DNA of 64,000 nt from an uncultured Candidatus Actinomarina sp. (GCA_902578135.1 CACHBU010000005.1:827-64826); one strand, 5' to 3'. Positions 10,207-21,854 are shown, counted from the stretch's first letter. Translations and numbers: made by a program. Notes: a model not told the origin generated them from the letters alone.

Positions 10207-10901
10207 TGGATATAAAACTTAGAATTCTTAGATTCAATCCAGAAACCGATAGAAAAGGTCATTGGGAAGAATACAACATTGAAGCAGATCCTGATGAAAG
10301 AATCTTAGATCTTCTTCACAAAGTTAAATGGTTTGATGATGGTAGTCTCGCTTTTAGAAGATCATGTGCTCATGGAGTATGTGGTTCTGATGCGATGGTT
10401 GTTAATGGAGAAAATATGCTTGCTTGCCAAGTCTTAGTTAAGGAAGTTAGCAATCCAATAAAAATTGAGCCAATTAGAGGCCTACCTGTAATAAAAGATT
10501 TAGTTGTTGATATGGAAACATTCTTTGAATCTTACAAAAAAGTTATGCCTTATCTTGTAAATGATGAAGAGCCCGGAGAAAGAGAAAGACTACAATCTCC
10601 AGAAGATAGAGATAAATTTGAAGATACTACAAAATGTATTCTCTGTGCAGCCTGCACAACTAGTTGTCCGGTTTTTTGGACTGCGGATACTTATGTTGGC
10701 CCAGCAGCAATTGTTAATGCACATAGATTTGTATTTGATTCAAGAGACAATGCCTCAAAACAAAGATTAGAAATACTTAAAGATGTGAATGGCGCTTTCA
10801 GATGCAGAACAGCATTTAACTGTACTACAGCATGTCCTAGAGGCATACAAGTTACCAAAGCTATAGAAGACGTTAAAAGAGAAACATTAACAATTAATTG
10901 A
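10206..10901 (+). CDS. sdhB: Succinate dehydrogenase Fe-S subunit
   Basis: SCAHGVCGSD, CILCAAC..SCP, CRTAFNC...CP. Confidence 0.97.
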   Translation: MDIKLRILRFNPETDRKGHWEEYNIEADPDERILDLLHKVKWFDDGSLAFRRSCAHGVCGSDAMVVNGENMLACQVLVKEVSNPIKIEPIRGLPVIKDLVVDMETFFESYKKVMPYLVNDEEPGERERLQSPEDRDKFEDTTKCILCAACTTSCPVFWTADTYVGPAAIVNAHRFVFDSRDNASKQRLEILKDVNGAFRCRTAFNCTTACPRGIQVTKAIEDVKRETLTIN

Positions 10902-11167
10902 TAGAAGATACGCTAAAAAATTTTAAAGAAAAAATTGCTAACTATGAATACAAAACCGAGTTTATTTATTTTGAATTTACAGATTTAGAAAAAATATATT
11001 CACTAAACAACTGTTCTGAAATTGAAAATATTAACGATGAATATTTTCTAAAATTTAAAATGTCTTCTGTCGATCTTTACAAAATTGTAAATGCTGAAAT
11101 ACATCCAGAAGACCTTATGTTTGATAAAAAAATTAAAATATCTGGTGATATAAGTATTATTTCCTAA
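10898..11167 (+). CDS. Small protein, possible SCP2 (sterol-carrier)-like fold
   Basis: TTGA overlap with sdhB stop; C-terminal EIHPEDLMFDKKIKISGD resembles SCP2 C-termini. Confidence 0.5.
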   Translation: MIEDTLKNFKEKIANYEYKTEFIYFEFTDLEKIYSLNNCSEIENINDEYFLKFKMSSVDLYKIVNAEIHPEDLMFDKKIKISGDISIIS

Positions 11168-11170
11168 AAA

Positions 11171-11196
11171 GAAAAGACGGCTTTTGCCGTCTTTTC
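11171..11196. terminator. Intrinsic terminator hairpin between convergent genes
   Basis: GAAAAGACGGC-tttt-GCCGTCTTTTC. Confidence 0.85.
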
Positions 11197-11215
11197 AAAT
11201 TTAACTAAAAGAACT

Positions 11216-11488
11216 TTAATTTAAAGCGTCTTTTAATCCTTTTGCAGCTTTAAAAGCTGGGGCATTTTTCGCAGCAATTTGGATTGTTTCACCTGTTGCT
11301 GGATTTCTACCTTGTCTTGCAGCCCTGTATCTGGATTCAAATGTACCAAAACCGGCAACGCTTACTTTAACGCCGTCTTTCATACCACCTGTGACTCCAT
11401 CAAACACGGCTTCTACTGCTTTTTTAGCGTCTGCTTGTGACAACCCTACTGCAGCTGCAACAGCACTTGCTAAATCATCTTTATTCAT
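11216..11488 (-). CDS. hup: Histone-like DNA-binding protein HU
   Basis: GFGTF, R.GRNPATGE, PAFKA. Confidence 0.96.
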   Translation of the reverse strand: MNKDDLASAVAAAVGLSQADAKKAVEAVFDGVTGGMKDGVKVSVAGFGTFESRYRAARQGRNPATGETIQIAAKNAPAFKAAKGLKDALN

Positions 11489-11659
11489 TAGAATCCGCTT
11501 TCTTTATTGAGTTTTTTTTAAAACTCCCTATAAACATTATAGTTTTTTTAATTAATTTGTCTTAAAACCCTAAATTTATTGACTTTTTTTTATAAAATGC
11601 TGATTTTATTGAGTTTTTATGCTAAATATATATATTTTTGCTTAAAAAGCCCAATTTTA

Positions 11660-12595
11660 TTAGGTTTTTAGATTATTTAGCTCTAAAACTTTTTGTTTTA
11701 CTGAATCAGCAGCTGATTTTAGGTTTTCTAGCTCCTCAGTATTTAAATCAAGTTCTACAATTTCGGTTACGCCATCTTTACCTAATTTAGTTGGTACACC
11801 TAAGTAAACATCACTAATTCCATACTCTCCAGAGATCCAAGAACAAGAAGGTAAAACATTATTTGAATCTGAAATAATTGACTTAACCATCGTTGCAGCT
11901 GCCGAAGAAGGCGCAAAGTAAGCACTGCCTGTTTTTAATAATGCAACGATTTCCGCTCCTCCATCAGAAGTTCTTTTTACTAACTCATCTATCTCATCAT
12001 TTGTTAATAACTCAGTTAAAGGCTTACCATTAACTTTGCACTGGGATGGTGCAGGCACCATAGTTTCACCATGACTACCCAGAGTCCAGGCTTCGACTTC
12101 CTTCATATTTACATTTAATTTCTCTGATATAAAATAAGCAAATCGAGATGAATCAAGAACTCCAGCCTGACCGATGACTCTACTTTTAGGTAAGCCAGAC
12201 ACATCAGAAACTAAAGTTGTCATTTGATCTAAAGGATTCGTAACAACAATGATTATTGGATTCTTTGAATATTTCATAATGTTACTTGTTACCTCAGTTA
12301 CAATATTTGCATTAACCTCTAATAAATCCATGCGTGACATTCCAGGCTTTCTTGGTAAGCCTGCAGTTATGACAACTACATCACTATCAGAAGTATCTTC
12401 ATAATTATTAGTTCCAATAATTTTTGATGAAAATTTTTCGACAAATCTTGATTGATTCATGTCTAAAGCAAGCCCTTGAGGAAGGCCTTCAACTATATCT
12501 GTCATGACGACCGTATCAGCTATATCATATTCGGCAACTCTAAGAGCTGTCATTGATCCATACTTGCCTGATCCAACTACTGTTACTTTTGTCAT
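11660..12595 (-). CDS. mdh: Malate dehydrogenase (LDH-like)
   Basis: TAGLPRKPGMSR.DLL, VTNPLD, LDSSRF, GSHG. Confidence 0.93.
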   Translation of the reverse strand: MTKVTVVGSGKYGSMTALRVAEYDIADTVVMTDIVEGLPQGLALDMNQSRFVEKFSSKIIGTNNYEDTSDSDVVVITAGLPRKPGMSRMDLLEVNANIVTEVTSNIMKYSKNPIIIVVTNPLDQMTTLVSDVSGLPKSRVIGQAGVLDSSRFAYFISEKLNVNMKEVEAWTLGSHGETMVPAPSQCKVNGKPLTELLTNDEIDELVKRTSDGGAEIVALLKTGSAYFAPSSAAATMVKSIISDSNNVLPSCSWISGEYGISDVYLGVPTKLGKDGVTEIVELDLNTEELENLKSAADSVKQKVLELNNLKT

Positions 12596-12598
12596 TAC

Positions 12599-13834
12599 TT
12601 AAAAGCTTTCTATATTTTCAATTAGGGATTTAGCAAACTCTGATGAAGGTAGAGTTGTTGCATCAGATCTACCTCTCGCTAAGTCGTATGTAACATTACC
12701 TTCAATAATTGATTTTTCCATAGCTTTTATTACTAAATCTGCAGCTTCATTCCAACCCATATACCTAAACATCATCTCACCAGAAAGTATAAGTGATCCA
12801 GGGTTAGCTTTGTCCTGTCCAGCGTATTTTGGAGCTGTTCCATGAGTCGCTTCAAAAACTGATTTACCATTTTCATAATTTATATTTCCACCAGGACTTA
12901 TTCCAATTCCTCCAATTTGAGCTGCTAGTGCATCGGATGCGTAATCTCCGTTAAGATTTGTAGTAGCAATCACTTCAAATTCATGAGGCTTAATTAATAC
13001 TTGTTGTAAAAAAGCATCAGCTATTACGTCCTGGACTAGAATCTTGTCTCCTGATTCACCTTTACAATCTTCCCAAGATACTGCAACATCTGAAAATTCA
13101 TTTTTAACTAATTCATAACCCCAGCCTCGAAATGCTCCCTCAGTAAATTTCATGATGTTTCCTTTATGTACTATTGCTATGTTTTTCTTTCCATTCTCCA
13201 CTGCATAATTCAATGCTGCTCTAATTAATCTCTCTGATGCAGTCTGGGAAATTGGTTTAATTCCAATACCGCTATCTTCTCTAATTTCCCATCCAAATTC
13301 AGAATTGAGAAAGTTATGTAATGTTTTGACTTCTTCAGAACCCATCTCCAATTCTTTGCCTGAATAAACATCTTCGGTATTTTCCCTAAATAAAGCAATG
13401 TCTACATCTCCTGGGTTCTTAGTTGGTGTTTCAACTCCTTTAAACCACCTCAAAGGCCTGACACAGGCATAAAGGTCTAATTTTTGCCTTATTGTGACGT
13501 TTATAGACCTGATTCCACCTCCAACAGGAGTAGTTAAAGGTCCTTTAATTCCTATACCGTGTTTATCAAACATATCAATTGTTTTTTCAGGCAACCATTC
13601 ATTTTCATTATCATATGCTTTTTGACCAGCTAAAACTTCCATCCATTCAATTTTTCTTTGATTGTTATAAGCTTTTTTAACAGCTGAATCAAATACTTTT
13701 TGAGACGCAGGCCATATGTCTATGCCTATTCCGTCACCTTCGATAAACGGGACTATAGGGTTATCAGTATCGAAAGATTTTCTAGTATCAGAAATTGCCG
13801 TAGATAATTCTTCTCTATTTAAATTTTCTTTCAA
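12599..13834 (-). CDS. icd: Isocitrate dehydrogenase, NADP type
   Basis: [38 protein letters not shown]. Confidence 0.96.
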   Translation of the reverse strand: MKENLNREELSTAISDTRKSFDTDNPIVPFIEGDGIGIDIWPASQKVFDSAVKKAYNNQRKIEWMEVLAGQKAYDNENEWLPEKTIDMFDKHGIGIKGPLTTPVGGGIRSINVTIRQKLDLYACVRPLRWFKGVETPTKNPGDVDIALFRENTEDVYSGKELEMGSEEVKTLHNFLNSEFGWEIREDSGIGIKPISQTASERLIRAALNYAVENGKKNIAIVHKGNIMKFTEGAFRGWGYELVKNEFSDVAVSWEDCKGESGDKILVQDVIADAFLQQVLIKPHEFEVIATTNLNGDYASDALAAQIGGIGISPGGNINYENGKSVFEATHGTAPKYAGQDKANPGSLILSGEMMFRYMGWNEAADLVIKAMEKSIIEGNVTYDLARGRSDATTLPSSEFAKSLIENIESF

Positions 13835-14700
13835 ATCAATTCCTTTATTGCTTGTCCAATTTTGGTAGGGTTGTTAACAACATTGACACCTGCGTTAGTA
13901 AGTGCTTCAATTTTAGCAGAGGCTGTGCCCATATTTCCAGAAACAATCGCTCCAGCATGTCCCATTTTTTTTCCTGGTGGTGCGGTTACACCAGCAATGT
14001 AAGAAACTACTGGTTTACTAACTAGCTTACTTATATACTCGGCTGCTTCTTCTTCAGCGCTCCCACCTATCTCACCAATCATTACGATTGCTTCTGTCTG
14101 TTCATCTTTTTCAAATGCCTCTAAAACGTCAATAAAGGACATTCCTGGAACAGGGTCTCCGCCTATACCAATGCATGTAGACTGTCCGATGTCTAATCTA
14201 GTTAACTCATGAACTGCTTGATAAGTTAAAGTTCCAGACCTTGAAACAACGCCTACATTTCCTTCTTTAGTTATTTCGTGTGGCATAATACCTACATTTG
14301 ATTTTCCTGGAGAGATTAGTCCGGGACAATTAGGCCCCAATAATTGTGAAGAGGTATTTCTTTTTAGCAAGTCATACATTCGTGCTTCATCTTTAGCAGG
14401 AATTCCTTCAGTAATGCAAACTATTAAATCACAACCAGCTTCACCTGCTTCGAGAACTGCATCCATTGCAAATGCTGGAGGTACAAAAGTCATTGCTGTA
14501 TTTGCACCAGTTTCTTTTACCGCATCAACAACAGTATTAAAAATGGGGATACCCTCAACTTCCTCTCCACCTTTACCTGGCCTTGTTCCTGCAACCACTT
14601 TTGTTCCATAGTCCTTATTTCGCAAAGCATGAAACTTTCCTTCTCTACCTGTTAAGCCTTGAACAACGACTTTTGTTTCTTCATTTATAAATACAGCCAT
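13831..14700 (-). CDS. sucD: Succinyl-CoA synthetase alpha
   Basis: GPNCPG, SRSGTL, MGHAGA. Confidence 0.97.
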   Translation of the reverse strand: MAVFINEETKVVVQGLTGREGKFHALRNKDYGTKVVAGTRPGKGGEEVEGIPIFNTVVDAVKETGANTAMTFVPPAFAMDAVLEAGEAGCDLIVCITEGIPAKDEARMYDLLKRNTSSQLLGPNCPGLISPGKSNVGIMPHEITKEGNVGVVSRSGTLTYQAVHELTRLDIGQSTCIGIGGDPVPGMSFIDVLEAFEKDEQTEAIVMIGEIGGSAEEEAAEYISKLVSKPVVSYIAGVTAPPGKKMGHAGAIVSGNMGTASAKIEALTNAGVNVVNNPTKIGQAIKELI

Positions 14701-15833
14701 TATTTACCACCTTCGACAGCAGCTTTTGCTGCATCGTCCATAGACTCTGATATTATTATTTTTTCATTTGAATTTTTAGACAAAATTTCTAAACCTTCTT
14801 TTGAGTTTGTACCGTCTAATCTGACTATCAAAGGCCATTTGAGTACTTTGCCTTCTGTTGCCTCTACAATTCCTTCAGCTACTAAATCACATCTTGTAAT
14901 GCCTCCGAATATATTAATTAAAACACTTGTTACATCTTCTTCTGATTCTAAAACTTCTAAAGCTGCCGTAACAGTTTCAGCTTTTGCTCCACCTCCAATA
15001 TCACAAAAATTTGCCGCTTTTCCACCATGCTCTGCTACTACATCTAGAGTTGACATAACTAATCCTGCACCATTACCAATAATTCCAACACTTCCATCCA
15101 ACTTGATAAAATTTAAACCTTTACTTTTGGCAAACTTTTCGGTTTCTGGAATAGGAATTTCATCTTCATATTTTTTAAAATCATCTTGTCGATAGATTGC
15201 ATTCATATCTAGTGAGACTTTAGAATCTAGAGCAGAAACACCTTGATTTGTTATTGCCAAGGGGTTTACTTCAACAAGATCACAGTCACCTTCAGTAAAA
15301 AGCTTGTAAAATTTAGAAATTATTTCATGTAATTCATCAATGTAATCAAGATTGAGGTTTGCATCTTTTATTGCTTGTGTAATTACGTTACTTTCGAGTC
15401 CCAATGATGGAGATATATGTATTTTAATTAAGTCATCTGGACTATTAGCTGCGACTTCTTCAATATCCATTCCACCTTTGGAGCTCAACATCATCAAATA
15501 TTTTTTTTCAGACCTGTCCAAAGTAAATGAAATATAATATTCACTTATAATTTCAGAAGCTTCCTCAATCAATAAGCTTTCAACTTTATGACCTTTAATG
15601 TCCATACCTAAAATTGCATCTATATGTTCTTCTAGTTCTTGGTGGTTTTTTGCAACTTTTATTCCTCCAGCCTTTCCTCTTCCTCCGACCTGGACTTGGG
15701 CTTTTACAACCAATGGATAACTCAAACCATGATTTTCTGTTAAATCAGAAATAGATTTTATAAAAATTGATTTAGGTGTTGTTATAGAATATTTTTTATA
15801 TAAATCTTTGCCTTGATATTCAAATAGGTTCAT
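14700..15833 (-). CDS. sucC: Succinyl-CoA synthetase beta
   Basis: [24 protein letters not shown]. Confidence 0.97.
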   Translation of the reverse strand: MNLFEYQGKDLYKKYSITTPKSIFIKSISDLTENHGLSYPLVVKAQVQVGGRGKAGGIKVAKNHQELEEHIDAILGMDIKGHKVESLLIEEASEIISEYYISFTLDRSEKKYLMMLSSKGGMDIEEVAANSPDDLIKIHISPSLGLESNVITQAIKDANLNLDYIDELHEIISKFYKLFTEGDCDLVEVNPLAITNQGVSALDSKVSLDMNAIYRQDDFKKYEDEIPIPETEKFAKSKGLNFIKLDGSVGIIGNGAGLVMSTLDVVAEHGGKAANFCDIGGGAKAETVTAALEVLESEEDVTSVLINIFGGITRCDLVAEGIVEATEGKVLKWPLIVRLDGTNSKEGLEILSKNSNEKIIISESMDDAAKAAVEGGK

Positions 15834-15886
15834 AATCTTGTAACAAGAATATAGATTACAAATAAAATGAAATTATGCTTCATATT

Positions 15887-18028
15887 TTATTGAAATTTTA
15901 TGGGCGCCCATTCAACATCAAGATACTTTACTCCAATATCATCGTTAAATTGAACGGTTATTTCATTTCCCTGAACTTCTAAAACAAGTCCTTCTCCATA
16001 TTTTTCATGAATTATTTTTTGACCTGTACCAACTTCAATCTCAGTTGAATCTTTTTGGTGAGTATCAAGTGAAAAATCTACAGTATCAAAATGACTAGAG
16101 CCTTCTTCTAGAAACCGGCTTGGTAAATTATAAACTGTGCCCCCCCAAAGTGTCCTTGACCACGCATGAGTTAAATAAAGCTTTTTTTCAGCTCTTGTTA
16201 TTCCTACATAGCAAAGTCTTCTCTCTTCCTCAATTTCAGAGTTATCGCCCTGTGAACTTCTTTCATGCGGAAATAAATTTTCTTCCATTCCAGTCATAAA
16301 TACATAAGGAAACTCTAGGCCTTTTGCGTTATGTAGAGTCATCAACAAAACTCTATCAGCATCTTCCAATTTATCAGTTTCAGAAAAAAGGGCAATGGAT
16401 TCTAGGTAATCTCTGAGCATTCCATAAGGTTCATCAATATCTTCCTCATACAAATTCTCAAAACTAAATGCAGAATTTAGAAGTTCCTCAATATTTTCAA
16501 TACGCATTTGTGACTCTAATGTACCTTCTTTAATCAAACTCATTTTATATCCTGTGAGCTCCAAAACTTTTTGGATTGTTTTCGAGGGACCTTGAAGAGA
16601 ATAAGACTTTAGATCAGTAATTAAATTTTTAAATTCTGAGAGACTTCCTTTAATTCTTGGAGAAATATTTTTAATTTCCTCTATTGATTCTAAAGCTTCA
16701 AATATAGACTTTCCTGTTTCGTTAAGATATACCCTTATTTTTTTTACAGTAGACTCTCCTATTCCTCGCCTGGGAACATTCACAATTCTTTCGAATGCAA
16801 CTGTGTCACTATCATTTACTAAAAATTGTAGGTATGAGATTACATCTTTTATCTCTTTTCTGTCATAAAATCTCACACTGCCGATGACTTTATAATTAAT
16901 ATTTAACATTCTTAGTTCTTCCTCAAATAAACGCGATTGGCTATTAGTTCTATAAAAAATTGCAATCTCATTATCTTTAGATGAATCTATCAGGCTTTTA
17001 ACTTCTTCTGCAACCCATCTTGCTTCATCTTTTTCAGATCTAAATCTAAATGATGAAATATCTAAACCATCATCGTTATCAGTCCAAAGATTTTTTTCAA
17101 TTTTTCGTGGATTATTGGAGATGACTGAGTTAGCTAAATTAAGAATCTTTTTAGAAGATCTGTAGTTTTTATCTAATTGAATAACTGTTGCATTGCTAAA
17201 ATCTTTTTCAAATTCAATAATGTTTCTAATATCTGCACCCCTAAATGCATAGATGCTTTGATCAGAGTCTCCAACTACACAGACATTTTTATTATTTGAA
17301 CCAAGAAGCTCAACCAATTTGTATTGTACAAAATTTGTATCTTGATATTCATCAACCATGATGAATTGAAATTTATTAGACCAAAACTTCAAAATGCTTT
17401 CATTTGTTTGTAAAAGTTCTACGGTTTTAATTAAAAGATCATCAAAGTCCATTGAATTAGCAATCATTAATTTTTTTTCATAACTTGAATAAATTTCGGC
17501 AACTTTTACCTCAAAAAAAGATTCTGCATTCTCTAGTGCCTCTCCAGGGCTTATCATGCTGTTCTTAAGATTAGATATATGTGCCTGGAAACGTTTTGGT
17601 GAATATTGTTTAAGATCAACATTGTTTTCAGACATACAATTCCTAATAACTTTATTTGAATCAGATTGATCATAAATAGTAAAGTTGCTTTTGTAGCCTA
17701 TATTATCTCCATGGATTCTTAAAATTTTTACACACAAACTATGAAAAGTTGATATCCATTTTGGTGAAATTTTTAAATTTAGAAGCTTACTTATTCTTGA
17801 TTTCATTTCTTCAGCTGCTTTATTTGTGAATGTAATAGCCAATATTTGCTCTACGTCTACATTATGGTGTTTTACTAAATGAGCATACCTATGAGTCAAC
17901 ACTCTAGTTTTACCTGAACCTGCTCCTGCCATTATTAATACAGGTCCATTAATTGTTTCTATGGCTTGAATCTGACTTGGGTTTAGTAATTTTTTCCAGT
18001 CTTCCGGTAAATTAGAATCCAATGACAT
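15887..18028 (-). CDS. pcrA: ATP-dependent DNA helicase PcrA/UvrD
   Basis: AGAGSGKT, VDEYQD, GDSDQSIY.FRGA, KGLEF, EERRL.YVG.TRA. Confidence 0.95.
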   Translation of the reverse strand: MSLDSNLPEDWKKLLNPSQIQAIETINGPVLIMAGAGSGKTRVLTHRYAHLVKHHNVDVEQILAITFTNKAAEEMKSRISKLLNLKISPKWISTFHSLCVKILRIHGDNIGYKSNFTIYDQSDSNKVIRNCMSENNVDLKQYSPKRFQAHISNLKNSMISPGEALENAESFFEVKVAEIYSSYEKKLMIANSMDFDDLLIKTVELLQTNESILKFWSNKFQFIMVDEYQDTNFVQYKLVELLGSNNKNVCVVGDSDQSIYAFRGADIRNIIEFEKDFSNATVIQLDKNYRSSKKILNLANSVISNNPRKIEKNLWTDNDDGLDISSFRFRSEKDEARWVAEEVKSLIDSSKDNEIAIFYRTNSQSRLFEEELRMLNINYKVIGSVRFYDRKEIKDVISYLQFLVNDSDTVAFERIVNVPRRGIGESTVKKIRVYLNETGKSIFEALESIEEIKNISPRIKGSLSEFKNLITDLKSYSLQGPSKTIQKVLELTGYKMSLIKEGTLESQMRIENIEELLNSAFSFENLYEEDIDEPYGMLRDYLESIALFSETDKLEDADRVLLMTLHNAKGLEFPYVFMTGMEENLFPHERSSQGDNSEIEEERRLCYVGITRAEKKLYLTHAWSRTLWGGTVYNLPSRFLEEGSSHFDTVDFSLDTHQKDSTEIEVGTGQKIIHEKYGEGLVLEVQGNEITVQFNDDIGVKYLDVEWAPIKFQ

Positions 18029-18063
18029 TAAGATTTAGGCTTTTCTTTCTTCATACTCATTGA

Positions 18064-19038
18064 TTAACTTATACCTAAAGCTTCTTCTACTTCTGATATT
18101 GTAAGTACAGCAGACTGTTTTGCTAATTCTAAATTTTTTCTAATTATCTCATCTACTTCTTTGTCACCTAGATTATTAAATTTTTCATTGATTGGTTCCA
18201 AGTATGAAATTACTGACTCTGCTACAGCAATTTTGAATTCTCCATATTGATAATCATCAAACTTTTTTTCAGTTTCTTTTATTTCTAGATTATTGATAGA
18301 TGAGTATATCTCTATCAAATTACTTATCCCCGCCTTTGATTTAATATCGTATTCTATTGAATTACTTGAGTCTGTAACAGAAGATTTGAATTTTTTGATA
18401 ATTGAATCTTTTGAATCATTGAAATAAATTGTTCCATTAATATCATCAGAGCTTTTTGACATTTTGTTTTCTGGATGTCTCAAAGACATTAATCGAGCAC
18501 CATATTTTCCACTTGTTTTTTCAGGTATTGGAAATATCTCACCGTAATTATTATTAAACCTTTCAGCTATATTTCTTGTTAATTCTAAATGTTGAGTTTG
18601 ATCTTCACCTACTGGGACCTCATTTGCTTTATGAATTAAAATATCTGCCGCCATTAGGATGGGATAAGTCAAAAGACCAGAGTGTGTTCCAAACGAAGAA
18701 GCTTTTTCCTTAAATTGCGTCATACGTTGTAACTCACCAACTTGGCAAAAATTTGATAGTATCCAAGATAAATAGGCGTGGTCTTTAAGATCGCTTTGTA
18801 CATAAATTACAGAATTATCCAAATTAATTCCAGATGCTAATAGAACTTTCAATGTGTTTTTGATGCTGTCTTGTAAGTCAGATTTATTAGGCATTGCTGT
18901 TAAGGAATGTAGGTCAACAATACAAAAATAATTTTTTGAGTCTTCATTTGATAATTTTGCCCAATTGTTTATTGCTCCCAGGAGATTACCCAAATGTACT
19001 AACCCACTAGGTTGAATTCCGGAAAAAACTGTTTTCAT
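18064..19038 (-). CDS. trpS: Tryptophanyl-tRNA synthetase
   Basis: SGIQPSG..HLGN, VPVG.DQ.QH, KMSKS. Confidence 0.96.
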   Translation of the reverse strand: MKTVFSGIQPSGLVHLGNLLGAINNWAKLSNEDSKNYFCIVDLHSLTAMPNKSDLQDSIKNTLKVLLASGINLDNSVIYVQSDLKDHAYLSWILSNFCQVGELQRMTQFKEKASSFGTHSGLLTYPILMAADILIHKANEVPVGEDQTQHLELTRNIAERFNNNYGEIFPIPEKTSGKYGARLMSLRHPENKMSKSSDDINGTIYFNDSKDSIIKKFKSSVTDSSNSIEYDIKSKAGISNLIEIYSSINNLEIKETEKKFDDYQYGEFKIAVAESVISYLEPINEKFNNLGDKEVDEIIRKNLELAKQSAVLTISEVEEALGIS

Positions 19039-19097
19039 ATCTGCTATTCTAATAAACTAATTTAAATTGGAGTGTTTTTATCAAACCTGAATATTCA

Positions 19098-19985
19098 ATG
19101 TCTGCATATGCTGGCTTAAGAAACATAATTTTAATTGGTACCCTTTTTGGTTTTCATGGATTACTAAATCGAAGTCTTCTCATTGATGGAGTAAATGAAA
19201 TTTTTATTGTTACATCAAGAATATCTGTGGTTACTTTACTCATTGGAATTTATTGCTTTAGAGAATTTATTTCATCAATTTCTGTAGAGTATTTTCTTAA
19301 AGGCTCCCTATCTGGAATACTTGCAATCTTTATTCCTGGATGGGCTTTTATTTATGCACTTAAATACATCTCTTCTGGACTTCAAAGTATTTTCATTTCT
19401 ACAATTCCTTTATTCACAGTTTTTTGGGTGCTTTTGTTATATAAAGATGAAAAAATTACAAATTTAAAAATTGTTTCAGTATTGACTGGTCTTATTGGAC
19501 TGATTATTCTCTTTCTCTCTGGAGCAACTGGGTTATCTAATGAAGGAAATTTGCTTATTGGTGGATTGCTTGCGGTACTTGGAGTTCAAGGCCTAGCACT
19601 TAGCAATATAACAAATAAAAAACACTTGCAGTATATACCGTCTAAAACATATCTCTTAACTCAATGGTTGGTTGGGTCAGTTATATCAATTATTTTATTT
19701 TTTATATTAGATGGAAAATTCGAAATATTGACAGCTGGTGAATTTTCAAAATTGTTTGGACTTGCGTTTATAGATATTTTTAATTACTCCTTATTTCTAT
19801 ACACAATTAAGAGACTGTCTGCAACTTTTACTACTTTAGTTGATTACGTTGTTCCAATTGTTGGAATTTTGGTTGGATATATATTTCTCAACGAAATTGT
19901 TGATAATATCTTTTTTGTAACTTTAATTTTAATTTTTATCTCACTGTATCTAGCTGTAAAAGACGAATCTGAAAACTTAAACTAA
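19098..19985 (+). CDS. DMT/EamA-family transporter
   Basis: About ten hydrophobic segments in two repeats; P.VG...G..FLNE. Confidence 0.8.
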   Translation: MSAYAGLRNIILIGTLFGFHGLLNRSLLIDGVNEIFIVTSRISVVTLLIGIYCFREFISSISVEYFLKGSLSGILAIFIPGWAFIYALKYISSGLQSIFISTIPLFTVFWVLLLYKDEKITNLKIVSVLTGLIGLIILFLSGATGLSNEGNLLIGGLLAVLGVQGLALSNITNKKHLQYIPSKTYLLTQWLVGSVISIILFFILDGKFEILTAGEFSKLFGLAFIDIFNYSLFLYTIKRLSATFTTLVDYVVPIVGILVGYIFLNEIVDNIFFVTLILIFISLYLAVKDESENLN

Positions 19986-20498
19986 TTTCAATTTAAGCAA
20001 TAATCTAATCATTTTTGCTGTTGCACCCCAAAGAATTTCATCTCCTAACATATATATCCAGTCATCAGAATATGCACCTCTGAATGACCAATTATCCTTG
20101 TTCATCAAATTTCTTATAGGTTCATAAATTACTTTTTGAACTTCACTGGTGTTAAATTGTTTAGGTTTCATAGATAAACTACACAGTATCGGAAAAACTA
20201 AAAATTTATATTCAACCGTATCTATTGGTTCTAAAATACCGACAGGTTTAATTAGGTTTTCTGAAATCAATAATTCTTCTGATGCCTCTCTGATAGCAGT
20301 GGAAACAACACTAGAGTCAGATAATTCTTTTTTACCTCCAGGAAATGCAATATGGCCCTTATGAGTAGGCATATTATCAGACCTTTTAATAAAAAGTATT
20401 TCATTATTTTTGTAAACTAATATAGAAACTGCAGCATAGTCTAGATCTATATGATCATATGGTTTATTTAAAGCTTGAAATGCAAAATTTTCTATCAA
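19977..20498 (-). CDS. NUDIX hydrolase, CoA pyrophosphatase type
   Basis: HKG.IAFPGG...AIREASEEL, ILWGATA. Confidence 0.88.
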   Translation of the reverse strand: MIENFAFQALNKPYDHIDLDYAAVSILVYKNNEILFIKRSDNMPTHKGHIAFPGGKKELSDSSVVSTAIREASEELLISENLIKPVGILEPIDTVEYKFLVFPILCSLSMKPKQFNTSEVQKVIYEPIRNLMNKDNWSFRGAYSDDWIYMLGDEILWGATAKMIRLLLKLKLV

Positions 20499-21215
20499 TT
20501 AACTTCTTTTTGCTACTAACTCTACCTTTATACCAATAGGATTTAAAACCTCCCATGCATTGAATTTTGTTGGTGCATCAAATCCAAACCAAGTTGTATC
20601 AATCTCGGTAAATCCAGAAATAAATATTTTGTCATCTTCAAGATAAGCGGTTATTGAAAAGGGTGTATCAAGTTCTATTTCCCTAATTGATAATTTTCCA
20701 ACGATAGTATCTTCTACTTTTGAATCAAAATTTTTATTCGGTAACACTAATTCATCAATTCTAAATATAGCCTCTGGGAAAAGTGCCGACTGAAGCCATT
20801 GATTATTTAAAGCTTGATCTCTGATTACATTATTACTTTTTAAAGTTGATATATCTGCTCTAATTGACAGATTCTTTATATACAAACATGAGTCAGCTTG
20901 GTCACAATCAGATAATGTTAAAGTAAACTCACCAATGATTTCACGAGTAGTGCCTTCAACAATATCTAAACCAGAATTTAAAAACTGTTTTGGTGCTAGG
21001 TAACTAACTCTGCTATCTTTTTTTTCAATTACAAATTTTATATTTTCAAAAGTTTCTAATTGTACAATCTCGACTGAAGTTGTAGTTGTTGTATCTTCGT
21101 CGAGAGCTTGACTTTGTTCTATCATAGAGGTTGTAGTTAAATCAACCTCCTCTATTGAGCTTTCCTGACTACAGAAAATTAATAAAAATAGTAAAACAAT
21201 GTATTTTTTTTTCAT
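20499..21215 (-). CDS. Exported YceI-family protein
   Basis: Signal MKKKYIVLLFLLIFC, Thr-rich linker, LKSNN..RD..L...WL....FPEA.F; start reassigned. Confidence 0.75.
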   Translation of the reverse strand: MKKKYIVLLFLLIFCSQESSIEEVDLTTTSMIEQSQALDEDTTTTTSVEIVQLETFENIKFVIEKKDSRVSYLAPKQFLNSGLDIVEGTTREIIGEFTLTLSDCDQADSCLYIKNLSIRADISTLKSNNVIRDQALNNQWLQSALFPEAIFRIDELVLPNKNFDSKVEDTIVGKLSIREIELDTPFSITAYLEDDKIFISGFTEIDTTWFGFDAPTKFNAWEVLNPIGIKVELVAKRS

Positions 21216-21266
21216 AGACAATATTCTACTTAGTTTATTATTTTTTTTAACTTGTATCCTATATGA

Positions 21267-21854
21267 ATGTCGACAAAAATTAGACAATTTATTCAAGTCT
21301 TCTCAGGAACATCGCTAATTGGTATAGGAATTTCTTTAAATTACTTGGCAAATTTAGGATTAGGACCTTGGGGAGTTTTTCATGACGGACTCTCTAAAAC
21401 GCTTGGTATTAGTTATGGCAGAACAATAATTATTACTGGAGTTGCTGTAATGCTTCTTTGGATTCCTTTAAAGCAAAAACCAGGATTAGGCACAATTGTT
21501 GATATCTTTTTAGTTGGTATTGTTGCAGATTTAATTATTTTAAATTTTGAATTATCAGACAGTATCTTTTTAAGTCTTACTCTTATTGCTTTTGGAATAA
21601 TTTTAATTGGTGCCGGTACTGCGATATATGTTGGTGCAGATTTGGGAGCTGGACCACGAGATGGAGTTATGGTTGGTTTAGAAACAATTGGGTTAAAAAT
21701 TGGAACAGCTAGAAATTTAATTGAATTATTTGCTTTTTTAACTGGTTGGCTTTTAGGCGGATTAGTTGGTTATGTTACTATTTTGTTTGTAATTGGTATA
21801 GGGCCAGTAGTTCAAATAGTTTTACCATATGTCGATATGCGGAAAAATGATTAA
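21267..21854 (+). CDS. YczE/YitT-family membrane protein
   Basis: LGLGPW.VFH.G, PGLGT, LGAGPRDG.M. Confidence 0.85.
   Translation: MSTKIRQFIQVFSGTSLIGIGISLNYLANLGLGPWGVFHDGLSKTLGISYGRTIIITGVAVMLLWIPLKQKPGLGTIVDIFLVGIVADLIILNFELSDSIFLSLTLIAFGIILIGAGTAIYVGADLGAGPRDGVMVGLETIGLKIGTARNLIELFAFLTGWLLGGLVGYVTILFVIGIGPVVQIVLPYVDMRKND

Noticed and set aside
19039-19097. T-box or Trp attenuator upstream of trpS
   Set aside because: The spacer is only 59 bp, with no T-box motif or Trp-codon leader.
21060-21140. Short GTT/GTA triplet repeats
   Set aside because: They encode the Thr-rich linker of the YceI protein; not a repeat element.
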